64,000 bases of DNA, taken from NCBI GenBank assembly GCA_965285935.1, contig OZ260663.1, positions 68,572,001-68,636,000 on the forward strand. Direction: 5' to 3'. Source of the DNA: Ophelia neglecta (lineage: Eukaryota). Under the pieces are notes generated by a model that was given only the letters and a program-made list of their open reading frames with translations, was not told the DNA's origin and did not search any database. This document shows positions 15,101 to 28,474 of the stretch, piece after piece. The translations under genes were made by a program, and so were the position numbers. The first letter of the stretch is position 1; the number at the start of each line of letters is the position of its first letter.

Positions 15101-16176
15101 TTGTCTCCAGAATAGAATCAAATCTCTAGCAGAAATGGCGGCGGAGGTTATTTGATCATTACAAAAAAAAATTCAAAAAAAAAAACTTTTTCCTACCTAC
15201 CTACCCTATTTTTTTTGTCCATGTAATAGGAAACATAATTTTTTTTTTTTGGCCTAAGTAAGCAGTGAAGTTAGGAAGGTCCTAACAAGATTCTAGTCCA
15301 ACAGCTGTGCAGTTACACACCTCATATTCATAGGCAGTAGAGGACAAGCGCCTCCCGATCTGATCGAGTCTCTTGTAAGCATTTCTAACCACAAATTTGA
15401 AATTCCCTTTTACATATCACTAATTTTATATCTAAACTTAGAACTGCTTCCTCTGGGTCCTGACTAAGTTCTCTGGGCATGAAGGTGAGGATGGCCTTGT
15501 CTCCGTGACAAGTGCCCCATTTTTTAACGGCATTTTGTTGAAATGTAACTCGGAAGGGTAGCCCAATTATTTCATGTTTTCAAGAAACAGGCTCCGGATG
15601 AATTGAACTGTGCAAAAATGGAGGCCCAGAGAAATGGGCTGTACAATAGCACAATACGCACAATGGATTAATATCTGAAAAATTGGTTGTTGGACAAATG
15701 GATTGCCAGAAAAATGGGTTGTCAGACAAATGATATGACAGGAAAAATACTCATAAAACTTGGGTAAAACTTTGCTCACCGGAAGTAGTGTCAGCATTTG
15801 TTTATGCTTAAAATAAAGTATTGATCTAATAAAAAAAACTATGAGCATATCATCTAAGTTGACCTAATTATCTTAATGAATAGTTTTCTTAAGAAATATT
15901 TGTCAATATTTCCCGAATAAATCATCTTATATAGCGTAAGTAGTATAGCTGTCAGTGGGGTGGGGGGGAATGCACTTCTATACCTTACCTTTTCACGCTG
16001 TCAAGTCTGCTGCAGGACCCATAGTTCACGTTTCGTAACAGCAGGGTGTCATCTTTAAAATGAAGGGCAACTATCTCATGTTCTTTGCTTGAATGTACGC
16101 CGATTGTCCCTCCAGTTATATCAAAATCTGTATTATTTTCGAACTCAGTTAACTGAAAACAAAGCTGGCCGGCCAT
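189..16176 (-). CDS. SPG11: Spatacsin (SPG11), 5' part, 23 coding exons (~1513 aa); the gene continues past the left window edge
   Basis: Phase-consistent exons: 16176-15989, 13362-13193, 13009-12797, 12315-11820, 11217-11097, 10476-10326, 10054-9591, 8116-7937, 7664-7456, 7292-7084, 6787-6553, 6224-6012, 5788-5679, 5342-5200, 4676-4551, 3670-3604, 3251-3080, 2835-2497, 2040-1881, 1604-1487, 1325-1183, 801-598, 296-189. Spatacsin-like motifs: LCHINQWDRCSIPLHALEIGLKHRQLDTVSFFLKSREN, QDINVYQLLQ, DPANLFGWQ, PHFS..LVTKYGHVEELDYTYYLKHGRPSFAF, ILDELAR. Confidence 0.93.
367..522 (+). mobile_element. MITE family B, degenerate copy
   Basis: CAGCACAACCTG...CAGGTTTTACTG. Shares AATACTGGTCTGA and GACAGGTGGTCTGA with 12478-12655. 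Confidence 0.6.
2105..2282 (+). mobile_element. MITE family A (CAGTGGTCCCTG TIR, Tc1/mariner-like)
   Basis: CAGTGGTTCCTG...CAGGGACCACTG followed by TA. Highly similar to 4270-4440. Confidence 0.8.
3252..3603 (-). other. GC-AG intron of SPG11
   Basis: The exon ends ..GCC ACA GAA G|GCAAGT (consensus GC donor). Phase 1 matches the next exon CAG|AT ATT TCC. Read-through hits TAA. Confidence 0.75.
4270..4440 (+). mobile_element. MITE family A, best-preserved copy
   Basis: TA|CAGTGGTCCCTGCGATGTAGGGCC ... GGCCCTACATTGCAGGGACCACTG|TA, i.e. a TA target-site duplication, with internal AGGTGGCCCT subrepeats. Confidence 0.85.
8338..9510 (-). mobile_element. Helentron-associated non-autonomous element (HINE; pearl/CvA/DINE-1-like structure)
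   Basis: 11-bp subterminal inverted repeat ATGCCTCCGCC (8408-8418) / GGCGGAGGCAT (9496-9506). Terminal hairpin AAGCGACGCC-TAGC-GGCGTCGCTT. Internal tandem core repeats (~8600-8880 vs ~9030-9330), a (GGAC/GGTC)n microsatellite at ~9358-9461, and A-rich ends. Confidence 0.8.
10798..11110. repeat. 34-bp tandem minisatellite (~9 copies) made from an SPG11 exon end plus its 5' splice site
   Basis: Unit GGCACTGTACTTACCCTGTATATTAGATGAGAAT starts at 10798, 10845, 10879, 10913, 10947, 10981, 11015, 11049 and 11083. On the - strand the consensus unit contains TACAGG|GTAAGT. Confidence 0.92.
11558..11731. mobile_element. MITE with CAGGGCCGTAGGAA TIR
   Basis: CAGGGCCGTAGGAA ... TTCCTACGGCCCTG flanked on both sides by TCATA (5-bp TSD), with an internal poly-C run. 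Confidence 0.8.
12316..12796 (-). other. U12-type (minor spliceosome) GT-AG intron of SPG11
   Basis: 5' splice site A|GTATCCTTTTAAC at 12796. Branch sequence CCTTAAC (12332-12326) lies 10 nt before the 3' end, with no polypyrimidine tract. The frame joins correctly (..KCL-T-IWEVHSG..). Confidence 0.9.
12478..12655 (+). mobile_element. MITE family B (CAGTGAAACCTG TIR, TA TSD) inside the U12 intron
   Basis: TA|CAGTGAAACCTG ... CAGGTTTCACTG|TA with repeated GTGGTCT motifs. Confidence 0.85.
14906..15254. mobile_element. PIF/Harbinger-like (Tourist-type) MITE
   Basis: TAA|GGCC(A)nTTATGTTTCC ... GGAAACATAA(T)nGGCC|TAA, i.e. a TAA TSD. Confidence 0.8.
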
Positions 16177-16180
16177 TTTT

Positions 16181-16201
16181 ATCACATGATAATCATGTGA
16201 T
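16181..16201. promoter_or_regulatory. Perfect palindrome with two inverted M-box/E-box motifs (TCACATGA / TCATGTGA) next to the SPG11 start codon
   Basis: ATCACATGAT-A-ATCATGTGAT lies 4 nt upstream of the ATG at 16176. An ETS-like CGGAAGT is at ~16277. Confidence 0.55.
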
Positions 16202-19200
16202 TCTCCGTCAAACGGCGTGGGAGGCTACTTGCGATACTCGGATGTATTGCAGTAGATCGTAAACTGGGGGTAGAACGGAAGTTCAAAGAGAACGTTATCA
16301 AGCACATTTTGAGCACATTTATAAGCACTTCTTAGGGATGCATGGCACTTTATTTATACGATAGAGGTGAGGTTGGGGGGAATCCTTGCTCTGGTTTCAG
16401 ATCAAATATGATGACCCCCCTCCCGTCACAGATAGGCTAGTGCCTGATGGGTTTGGTATTCATTGTTATTTTGAACCTCCCCCCCCCCCCCAACACACAC
16501 TTAAGCTTTTAACGAAAAGAAATATAATTCATTGAAGTTCCAAAGTTTTAGATTGTGGCAGAGAATTATCGGCAGTTAAGTTGCAGATTAATGCGGAACT
16601 TCCACCACCCACAAATGTAAAATTTCCCCCTCCCCCAATTTTTCTTGAAATAAATAGATGTCCCCCTCTGCCCCGGGTACAAAAATATGACCCTTGTTCT
16701 TGTAAACCCAGGTTTGCTATAAATAGCCCCCCCCCCCTCGCAAAAGAAAAATCCCTTCCTACCACACCAACAACCCTTCCCCCCCCCCCCTGGCAGTAAT
16801 TATAAAACTCCCCTAATTGCTAATAGTGGGTATCTTTTCATGTTGGGTAATTATTATACATAAATTATAAACTAATAAATGGATAGATTCAAGTCTCCTG
16901 ACCTCCCCAAGTTCAAACATATTGTTTGGTGTAATAGCTTCAAAAATACATAATGATCTTGAATTCTTCCGGGACAAATTTTAGTTCTTTTAGGGGCAGT
17001 TTTATGAACATACAAAGAATAAGATACAATTTTTTGCCTGTTTGGTAGGTAGGCTTCAATTTCATCAAGCAAATTTTTTCCATACTTTCAAATAAGCAAA
17101 GTTCTCTTTCAGCACAGGCACATTTCAAGCTTCCCTTTCTATAGTGGAATTTTAAATGTCCCTTTAACAACACATAAAGGGAAATTTACCTGTGAAAAGG
17201 CTTATAGTACCCAATTAATTTGGAGGGGAATTTATCGTTTTTTATTTTATTGGCTCGATCAGAGCAGCATTATGGCTTAACTGCTCATGACAAAAATGTA
17301 TAATTTCTATTTTTACATCATTTCAATGTAGGAAAACCCACAGTTTGATATTTGTTAATTCGCAGAGTCCAATATCATAGGAACAATTACTTTTTTTTTG
17401 TTAATGATCACATGCACACTGCATAATTATTAGACTGCCATTACATTATTGTGGAGTCATAGAGGTCATAAAAGTCAAGGACATCAAAGAAAACCATCCA
17501 CAGACAGATGGAAATAATTTGAAGGTCTTAAAACAGCATCACAAAAATTTATTATCGCCCAGCCAAATTCAACCATGTCCTGGTAAACTATTAGCCAGAG
17601 CAAAATGCTATGACTTCCATTAACTTTTCAGACCTCCAAGACCATTTCTGTTAGGTATCTCGATTAAAAAGACCTCCCATCCTTTTTTTTTTATTTTTCT
17701 CCTGTATGAGAAACTTGATGCATTGAACTGGCAGCATGTACACTTCCTCAGAATTACTGGAATATGCAAACAATAATGGAATTTCAATTTGTTTTTCTGG
17801 TTTTGTTTATATGCAGATAAGGTTAACAATAAATAAAGAGGAAATATGACTTTCTGAAAGGCTAATCTTGCCCTTTATTTTATTAATTAATTTATATTTC
17901 CTACCGTTTTCACAATTCTGGCAGAGAAGTGGCCCACTCACCAACATCTACCACATACAAGTTGGTACAATATAATTGTAAACACATTAATTTAGTTGCA
18001 TGAAATGTGCAGATAAGGTAGCTTTTGACTATTTTTAGAGCACTGAATTTGCAGATTACAAATCTGTGATCTAAGACCATAATCTAATAATTTTTTCTGC
18101 ATATTACAAGTTTACGAATGTAGTGGTTTAAAAAAAATACATGCCTACAAAGATTTCACACTTTACATTACCGAGGACAGACTTATTAATGTGGTTGAAC
18201 CCAGCATTGCACTTAAATACAGGTCAATCCTATTATACACATTAGTCGATGCATTTTTTTAAATCCTATAATTTACCGCTTCTAAAATCTTGAAAGTCAT
18301 ATCTTTGAATCTAACTGTACATTGCATCATTCAGATTAGACAACTGTTCAGTTAATGAGCAGGAAATGTATGTATGTACTGAATATTTCATATCCATCAA
18401 AACGGCTCATAACCACAACAGCTACAGGAACATGTAATGACAGACTGTAGGCAAACAAAATATACCAAATACATACAGCAAGAAATAAGCTGAAAATATA
18501 CCATGGCAAACAAGTACTTAACAACCGGGGCGGAAATTGGACTTTTCTAACCACTTCTAAGCTTGGGCAAAATCTCATGACATAGACTCTTGGGAGAACA
18601 GTTCTTTCAAAAAAATTCCTGTGAGCCTAATATTGATAAAAAACCTTCTGGTGTATTTCTTTCTAAAGTTTTACCGGGTCTAATGGTGCATGAAATTTTC
18701 ACAGCACTTTCTGTTCACAAGTGCTTGTACTTGTGAAAATAAATTGCTTAAAAGAATTCTGCATTTTTACAGTACATTTGTATTATAATGACAGAAATGC
18801 TCAATAGGAATTTATTTCACTATTTTACTATCGAGGAAATGAAATTTACGCAAAACAGGAAAAATCAGTCTAGCATAGTTACTATACTGCTAGTAGAAAT
18901 TGTGTGAAATTAATTCCCTCAAAAGCACATTTTTTAAACTTGCAAAATAAAATTCCTATGAACAATTTCTGACTTCACAATGCTGAAACTAATTGGTAAC
19001 ATCTGTGTTTGATAATTATGGCTGAAAACATCCATTCAAAGGAAACAACCAGTAATTTACACATTTAAGACGCAAGAGATTAATATTTCATATACATGTA
19101 AATTAACTCATAATAAAAATTGTTAAATTTTCCTATCCTGTGCTTAGGAAAAATATACATCACAAATGATCATTAGAGGCAGTTAGCTAAGCAAGCAATG

Positions 19201-22090
19201 AAGCACATTAAATTCTCAGACGACAGCTGTGCTGGATCAGCAATTACAAATATGGCAAGTTTATCATGGAGTATCTCATTAATCACAATAATATCATAAA
19301 TATACGCAACAGAGTGTATACTAAGCATTAATTGGCGAGCATAGGCAAAATGGTAATCAATAAAACAAAACAGTAGTGCAAATTAGCCAAGAGGTGCTTT
19401 TCTTACAAACTCTGTGGCCATTTGTTGTACACTCACACAATCACAATATTGTACCTGCATACAACATGTACAAAGATGTTGAACTTATTTATCATGAAGT
19501 ATTCACTTGCTGATCATACATGTGATAGACAATGCTGATCTAGGAAATATTACTATGTTACACACACATTCATATGTACTGGTACCTTTCACTGAAAAAC
19601 AAACCTGAAAGTTCAAGTTCACTCCCTTTCCTTTTCAGTGTACCATGCGTCTATGGACACTTTCAGTTACAGAAAGTTATCCAAGCTTGAAAGACTTGCA
19701 TCCCTTATAACTAACCACTAGGCACTGTGACATTAACACACACAATGTACCCTTTAAAAGGAATACATGTGAAAACAATAACTGTGTGTGCCCACAAGCC
19801 AATACAGTACTTGGCCATATTTCCGAAAAACAAATGATTACCAATAGACTTATGAACATATACATACATGAACATGAAATTTGAAAGCAACAATTCATAC
19901 ATTCCTCACTATTAAACAGGTATTGGATAATGATATCACATGTTATAGCACTTAACGCTTATATAATCTAGGTGAAGGTAAGGATACAGTGGACAGGCCA
20001 CCATACAAACAACCGACATGGCACTGAATGAATTATCAATGGTCATTCAATAAACAGTAAAGTGTAATCCTAAGAGAATTTAAATTTTAATAATTCTTTG
20101 ATTACAAATATACTAATAAAATTAGTTTGTTATGGCAATGACTAGGTGTTAACCAAAACAATCGATCTGGCTGTCAGTATGTTGCGGTTTGTGTAGCTAT
20201 TCTTTTTTTTTTAATAAATGAAACTTGAACTACAGACACCTACAGAACATCCACATGTAGGTTTAAAAAAGTTCCAGGAATAAATGCATAATGACTTACA
20301 ACTACAGGTTGTAAACTTAACACACGCAGTGTACCCTCTTAAAAAAATATAACTGAGTTTTATAATCAAGCAAATTCCTGAACACAAAAAATCATCTTAA
20401 CTGAAGGAGTATCAACTCACAACTAGGAGTTGTAAAATTAATCCATATAATTTTCCACCTTATATAACACAAGTTCAATTATTAATATCATACATGTGAT
20501 TCGAAGGTCACGTCCTGTTTGCAAGATTTTCTGAACTTACCACAAAAGGAGCCCTATTGTATTTGGCCCCAACAATGCTGAGTTACTAATTACATGAACC
20601 TAATCATGATTATTATATCTTGTTACCTTGCCCAGGGGGGCTCATACACATATATTACTGCCTGTCCAAACAATTCAAACTGGCAGATCGTTCTGGTCTC
20701 TTTACAGAAAACCTTAAACCGTGCCAACACAATACAATGCCAATAGGCTAAAGCAGCTCCCAACAAATTTATTGAATCATTTTGAAACTGAATTCTTCAC
20801 ATTTTTAAATTTCCTGGCAGATAATTATGTAATGGGAAAAAAAATAACGGTATCTATGCATCTTCTAGGAAACACAAATTTCACAAAACAAGTTTTTTAG
20901 AGTCCCTGACTGTTTCACTACAAAATGAATATAACAGGAATCTCATAAATTAATAAATTGAGAAAAGATTTTATAGGTTTGCTGGTTAGTGACCCAGGTT
21001 ATCCCATGGATGAGCCTGCATGTCTACTCCGTATTATGCTTAGTTATAAAATAAATTATACACCAAAAGTATTATTTCCTATAAAGGGACCTGAGGCTTT
21101 TACAAACTGAAACAGCTGAAAAACAACTGAAAAAGTTGGACAAAAATTTAAAAAAAAAAGTCCCTAACAATAAACTCTCACCATTCATAATGAAAATACC
21201 TGATCATCATCATTGAACATTCAAATAAAAAAAGGTATCAGGAGTCTCATTAAGTTGGTATGACTGATAGTAAGTAGTTTAACCATGATTATGAGAACTG
21301 ATATAACACTGACCTACATGTATGTAATATTAACTATTATTCCATCGTATTTAAAGGTCCCATTCTGAATATAGGTATTTTCTTATGTAAAACTATGGTT
21401 GACGATAGTACACAAAACCAAGTTAAGATTTAACACAACCAACTGCTACACATTTCATTCATTAGGTATCAAACATTCTGACAGCAGGAGTGGTCTAAAT
21501 ATACCAAGTAATTATACAACAAAATCAACAACAAATTGCTAGAAGTTCTGCTTTAGGCTTTACCAGAGCCTTTTCAAGTTAACGCTGGTTCGTCCCTATG
21601 GCAGGAGTCATAATGAAAGCCTGTAAAGGAGCTCTTCCATCTTATCTTATAGTCAGAGGAGTTTCTTTAAATAGCTGCCCCCCCATCCCCCACCAAGGAA
21701 ATATATTGGACATAGTCCTTTATGTAGCCAAAGAAAAAAACCTAAGCATTACAATAAAATATGGCAAATATCATTAAATCCCCGATCCCACACCAAAGTA
21801 TGACTTACCATGACTGATTCAGTCCAATTGGTGCCAACTGGCTGTGACTGATCGTGCAACTAGCAGCAATCAGTCTTTACCAGTCGTGTCATCGTCGGCT
21901 TAACTATAAATACAGGGCATGCAAACCAGATATTTCAGCAGACAAGCTATGCATAACAAGTGGTACAACTTTTCTAACATTGCCTGTGACTTCAATTTGA
22001 AGCCTGGACGTGACCTTTCTGACCTCATAGTGGGACAGGGGCTTTAACCTTACTTGAACATAAATATACATTAAAAATCTCCTACAGTCA

Positions 22091-25000
22091 TTAAACACTT
22101 TTCTTGACAGTGGCATTATATGGAACATACCCATTGGAGTTTAATTCCTGATGTTTCTTTGCATTTCCATTTTGTTCATGAATTGCTGCAGTTCCATTTT
22201 TAAGCCCATTTTGGTGTTCTTTAATGCTCATACTTTGTGCCTCATGCTTTTTTTTATTCCTCATGATGTAAGCATGAATGTAGAAGTTGGTAAATAGGAC
22301 AAGCATGAAGACCATGTAGCCTGCTAACAAGTTCTTTCCCCAACGAGGAAATTCACAACCGCTGACAATGGAGTAACTGGAATGTGTAAGTGTGATGCAG
22401 AACTGGATCTGAAAAAAAAATAATGCCCAAATCAAACAAACCTTGGGAAACAAATGGCTCCCACAAATTTACAGGGATATTCAGTATTCAGATTTACAAC
22501 CCCTTTTTTCCCCAACTTTGACTTAACACAAGAGGGACCTTGAAAATTACATTGCACTTGTATCATTAAAAGTATCCTTCCAGACAATTTTATTCCTTTG
22601 TTATTCTAAATTTAACCTTGAAATTCAACAGCACTTTTGCCATTGCAGGGTATCATTTCCTAATCAACTTGCAACAAAGACGATTATTGCAGTGGATAAG
22701 GCCCCAATATATCTATCTACCGGTATATATAATTTGTCTGGTGGAAAGCAAATATTTGTGTCATATTTCTTCTTACCAAACATCAGACATTCAATAAAAC
22801 CTGTTTACTAGGTTTATTAATTCTCCATATTTAAACATATTGTTCATTTAGCTCAATTAACAAAGTTGAAGTACTTACCAGTTGTAATTGGGTTATATAA
22901 TGTTTAAACCACAGTTTGCCTTTTAGGGAAGGAATCACTGATAATCCGTAATAAGTATACATCACTACGTGCACAAAACAGTTTAGACAACTCCCAAAGT
23001 ATGCTGAAATAGACAGAGTTTATACATTTTATGGCTATCCTAGAAATACTCTTATCTTTACTGTATACAGTTATTATACTTAAATTGAAAACCTTAAATT
23101 AAGATTTTTAATATTAAATAACTGAGCTATATTTTCTTCTATAAGCCATACTTACAGAGCCCTCCTGGTATGAACATCATCACCCACCACCAAATATTGA
23201 GCATAGACATGTGATGAAACACATGGAGGAATGTAATCTGGTTGTTCTTCTTTCGCAGCACCATCAGCACAGTGTCATTCAGCTCAATGGCCTTGGAGAA
23301 GAAATACCACCACATAACTTTTGCCATCTGAAAGAAGACTATAGGTCAAAACTGTGCTTCCAATGCCTGTGCGGAAATGGTTGATAATACTCCTTCACAA
23401 AACCTGAGCACTTATCCAGTTTTATTTATAAATAACTTGTGTTTGAGAGAAAAAAATGACAATTTTGTAAAGTTGGAAACTGGCACATTTATAATCTCCT
23501 TTACTAAATTTTGAAGAGCTAGCTTAAAGCAAACTGTGCATATAAACATCCTCTCAATGCATAATGTATGCTGACAGCTATTTCTTCGCAGAAATGTTTT
23601 AGCAGTTCATATACATGTATATTAACTTACCCGAAGCTCTTTGGGGTTATTTCTAGTCTCTTCATTGAGTGGTGCGCATAACAAACCATAATTCAGCTCC
23701 CAAGCGCTTATTACAATCTGTAAACAAAATAATGTCATTTGGGTGTGAAGAACATCAATAAGACTAGAAGTGTTTTTTTTTTAAATCCACTCTTGCTAGA
23801 GACAAAAGGGTGCGCCTCTGAATTCAATTGGATGCACAAGTTGTACGATAAGTCAGAACAGCTTATAAAAGAACACTAAAAGTATACTGATGGTGCAGCC
23901 CATCAAACTGGTCATCATGAATCTGAAAATTAGCTCTGTGCCTTTTTGATAATCATGTATATACCCCGGGAGTTATCTGTAGAAATAGTCACTGTAGGCA
24001 AAGGAACCATTAATGTTTATAGTCCCTAACTGAGGACACCTTTGCTAAACTACTCTGGTGGTATTCCTAAACAAATAAAGAGGGGAGTCCCCCAGTTCAA
24101 AAATAGGCATATCCAAATCACTGTCAGACATTAAACAGAATCAGATTTTTTATATCAAAATGAGTGGGTTATTTCCTGCATCCCAATAAATAGAAAGATT
24201 GAATTCCAAGTCACAGGAAATTGCACAGAACATTCATGAGTCAAAGTAAATGAAATGACAGACGAAAGTAAAATCTCAAGTCACAAAAACTTAAGGAGGT
24301 ATATCTGAACACATGTAAGCTGTATGTCTTGCAGACCGAATATTTTGAACAAGACAGTGCAAGAATTGTGGTGTTGGTTTTGAGTCAGATGAACACATTG
24401 ACAGCAGGCAAAGCTGGTTTGTTTAAATCTGCAGTGTTACCAAGATAGGGCATGTAGGGGCCTAGGGGGAAAGTGACAGTCTGAACTGAGCAGTCAGTGG
24501 CCCATTCTATAATACAGTGCTTCATGCCCTCTCAGTAAGGCGAGTTACCCTTCAATATGAAAAACAGACACCACGCAAATGATGCTAAGAAATGCCAACC
24601 ATGTTCAGAGTCGGTTGACTTCAACTTTGTGTCTTATCAAATAAGCAAAAGTACGCAGCCAATGACCAACCAAAATTCAAGCACCAGTATTCAACTTATA
24701 CAGGATTGTAAGTTAAACTTCCATACACTCCTGTGACTAGACACGTAAAATTAGTTTGTCTATTAACCTGTGAAAATGACTGATTAATATTACGATTAGC
24801 TGGGTAATCAAAATATACATGGACTTACCTCTACAACCATGTAAAGGGATAGGCCAACTAAGCCTAAATTGTATATCACCATAGGCCATTTCAGATCAAA
24901 AGGCTTTCGGTTTCGCATAATTTTTGTTCCCAGCCAGAGGAACAGCAGATATGATATTGTGAGCGCCCAGACATAGACAGGGTTCCTCCATAAGAGTAGC

Positions 25001-25556
25001 CAGTCCCTGGTACGAGGATCTGGAAAACCAACAAACACCAATGTACATGGATATCAATTGATTCATTATATATACATGTGCAGTCTACAACAAATTGTTT
25101 CTAATCAAGTAGTGTGGTAACCATTATGGAACTGTTTCTACTTAGACCATCAGCTTGGAAGTGTTATTTGCTTAATTAAGGAAATGATCTCCCATGATTT
25201 CAATCATTATCACTAAATCAGTGTACATTAAGTTTTCCTCCTAATAGACAACATACAGTACATGAAGACCTTTATTGGGAAAATTTTTTGATACAAGTCT
25301 TAAACCTTAACCGGCATGGCTTGTAGCCTTGTTCATTTTTTAGAATTGTATCATAATTGATTTTCACAATAACCTGTGACAGAAACAATGGGTCAAGCTT
25401 TTTTCTTTGTAGAACCGGCTGTGAATAATCAAAGATTAGACAAGAATAGGTACCTTAATGCACCTTACTTAGTTACCAGGGGGTGTACTACTGACCTGCT
25501 GTTGGTAAGGCCTCATCATATTGCTCTTTCAGATTTTTTATTGTAGATGCGATCAT
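22091..25556 (-). CDS. ELOVL5: Elongation of very long chain fatty acids protein, Elovl2/5-type PUFA elongase (317 aa, 6 coding exons)
   Basis: Exons 25556-25496 (ACCACCATG), 25019-24829, 23717-23631, 23327-23156, 23003-22879 and 22408-22091 total 954 nt. Motifs: WWYFFSKAIELNDT, QITFLHVFHH (HXXHH), MLNIWWW (ELOVL2/5-like rather than ELOVL4 MFTLWW), HVVMYTYY, TQLQL, and a C-terminal KKSV ER-retrieval signal. Confidence 0.93.
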
Positions 25557-28384
25557 GGTGGTAACTGAATCCCTGTAAGTAAAATAAAGGATTAATGATG
25601 ATAGTAAGTTATTCCTCATAATCATTAATATGTAACTTATAGCTCATTGACCATCGTAGTTTTCAATTTTTTTCTAAAGCAGTGAAGGAAACCCAGATAA
25701 AAATTGTGTTAGCCACCTGGGCTTGTAGCTGCTGAAAACTATTATCCCAACTAATGTAGCCATTTTGGCTCAAAGTTATGTACAAGACCATTCTCTTGAA
25801 TATAGTTAATGAAAAGTGCATATGGATTATAATTTATCTTGGCCACAAAATGACTTTTCTGCAGCAAAAGCACTCGCAACCTTAGCTAATGTTTCTTTAA
25901 GACCTATTAGCCCCACTCCAGAATCATTTAGCTAATGGCGACTGGGTGACAGCCAAAGTTTCATCACTGTTAAAGGATGAAATAAATAGCTCCCCATAGT
26001 TCATTAAATGCATTGAGAATTTAAAATATCTTGCTACATATATTTCAATAACTCATGCAAACCAAGAGAGCGTACATGTAAAACAAACATTTAAGCATTC
26101 AAAATTAGTGAAATATAACAAAACAAACTGACTTTGACACAACAATTGATTTCAAGGAAATGGTTTTTGTTGCTCAAAGCAAAAGATGTGTTATGATGGT
26201 AACATTGAAATGAATTAAGAAAGAATTCCATATTTGGCCAATTTATTCTGTGTTTGAGCAGTTCTTGCTTTTCTTTTTAGATTTCAGTAAACGAAGAAAT
26301 GAAATTCAGCTCTACTTTTACACCTTAAACCTAATTGGTGTTCTTATTAACAGCATGCAGCCATTGTTGTTCACGACACCAATGAATTTAGAAAATATGC
26401 AAAAATGGGATTTATTAAATTGAAACAATTAAATTGGATCACTTAAAATCAAGACCAAACTAGGTTTGATAATTACAACTATTAATTTAGGATCCATAAT
26501 AATATATCGACACCTCTTAAAATTACATGTAAAGGATGTGCTTACAAATGTCCTGAGCTGTCACTGTCTGGGGAGTCCGAATGGCAAAATATCAATAATG
26601 ACAGTATATAACGATCCATGGTTCAGAGTCCAAAATCCAGAAATCACAATTTTTGCATGTATCAAGGATTTACGTCTTAGGCCACCTGTTGGGACAAAAC
26701 TACTGAGGAGATATTGAGAAACCAGCCATTCTTTCAACAGATTCAGCCAAGACTCTGGACTTGGGGCACCATCGACAATAACCAACTCTGGCTAGTCTAT
26801 CACGCTAAGATCGCCTCAAATCTGGACCATTGACACCTTGGTGAAATTCTCATGACTACCTATGGCAACATGTCTGAGCCTTGTCCGGCCAACACCAGCC
26901 TTGTACCCTGATACGAAAGCCCACTCTACAGGTCCTAGCTTCACACACTGCGTTTAAAGCCTTTAGTCCCAACACTTTCCTGTCTGACCACCTTCTAGTT
27001 GGGTTCATTGCTGGCCCTGGCATTAAAGGCATCCAGAACTTGTCAGGAACACACCTCTGAGTCCGGTGATAATTGTAGGAGAAAGGATTCACGCCATTAA
27101 CAACTCACATTTATAGCTCAGAGAATGCACCTCTCGAGTTCAGCAAGAACAACATGTGGAAGGACTCACACCATGAGCTGCTCCATTAAGGACAGCTATT
27201 CCCTACATAACAGAAGTGATATACTCTATGCATTGCTTACTGCCATTAATTGGTGGGCAAGAGTTGTGCAAACAGTACATGACCTCTGCTATGAGGGGAA
27301 GTACAACTCAGGCCATCTGCACAAAGTTCACAGCTTCTAGGTAGACAACACAGAGTTCAAAACATGTCAACTTGAGGATCAAACAGCTACTGAAAACCAG
27401 ACAATTAACACAATGGGGCTTGCAAACATATTTACTAATACCTGACAGTGTAGAAATAAAAAATAATTGTTGTAAAGGCTTCATACATGATGTATATGAA
27501 TTTAGTTTACCTAAATTTATTTTAGCCTTTGTAGTTACAAAAAAAAACAACTACATTGTAAATAACCCAAACATAATTATGTCAAATATAAGAAACAGAG
27601 ACCCGGTGCTTCTTCCTTTAAAAGATTGGCATACATGTATATCATTGTCAATAAGCTAGGCCCACTTGAACATTTTCAAGAGACTATAGTTTTTATTCAA
27701 GTCACTGAGTTAAGACGGCTGGTATAGTAGGGAAGCTTATTTAGACAGGCCTGGTACCTGGTAAGATCATTGTCTGTGGTATATGGATGGAACTTGATGC
27801 ATGTTCTTGTCAGGGCATTATTGACTCTTTAAAAAAATGACACATGTAGGGCTTATAAAGTAATTACAACTTGCAGAAACTTATATTACAGACCCAATGA
27901 AGACCTCAAAATTCACCTTGTCCTTCATCTTCCGAGTTTAAGGCACATATATTGGCGTTAGAAGGTTGTGTTTGACACTACACTATTCATGGCATATATA
28001 TATTTGGAAGTGGCATCTACAGTACCGTCAGTGCGGGGTCCTGGGAGATGAACTTAACATTACTTACATGTTCCAGCTTTTCGACAAGTTCTTGTTTGGG
28101 CCAGGACCTTAGTGTTATTGATGGATGTATGGCAATGATTCAATCATAGTGCAAGTCTAATTTTACAGACATGTTTAGCAGTTTGAAACCAATAATGTTT
28201 CACTGCACTAAGTTTTGTGCTTTTTAAATCCCACAGACATTTTGAGTCAGTTTTTTCGCAAGGCAAACTTTGTCGACATCAAGAATTTATGCAGCGGCTG
28301 GGCATCATTTATTTATTATTGTGGAATTTAATGAAGCTTCTATACACTATTCTATACACTATTGTTGATTGAAAAAAATTCGCA

Positions 28385-28474
28385 AAGTATTTGCATTTTT
28401 AAAAAATAGAGGTATTTGCATTTGATGAAAACTAAAGTATTTGCATTTGATTTAAAGTATTTGGCCCCAGGTCT
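28385..28474 (-). repeat. Short AAAGTATTTGCATTT subrepeats ending GGCCCCAGGTCTG; probable MITE end
   Basis: Three to four copies of (AA)AGTATTTG(CATTT) followed by a TIR-like CCCCAGGTCTG. Confidence 0.4.
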
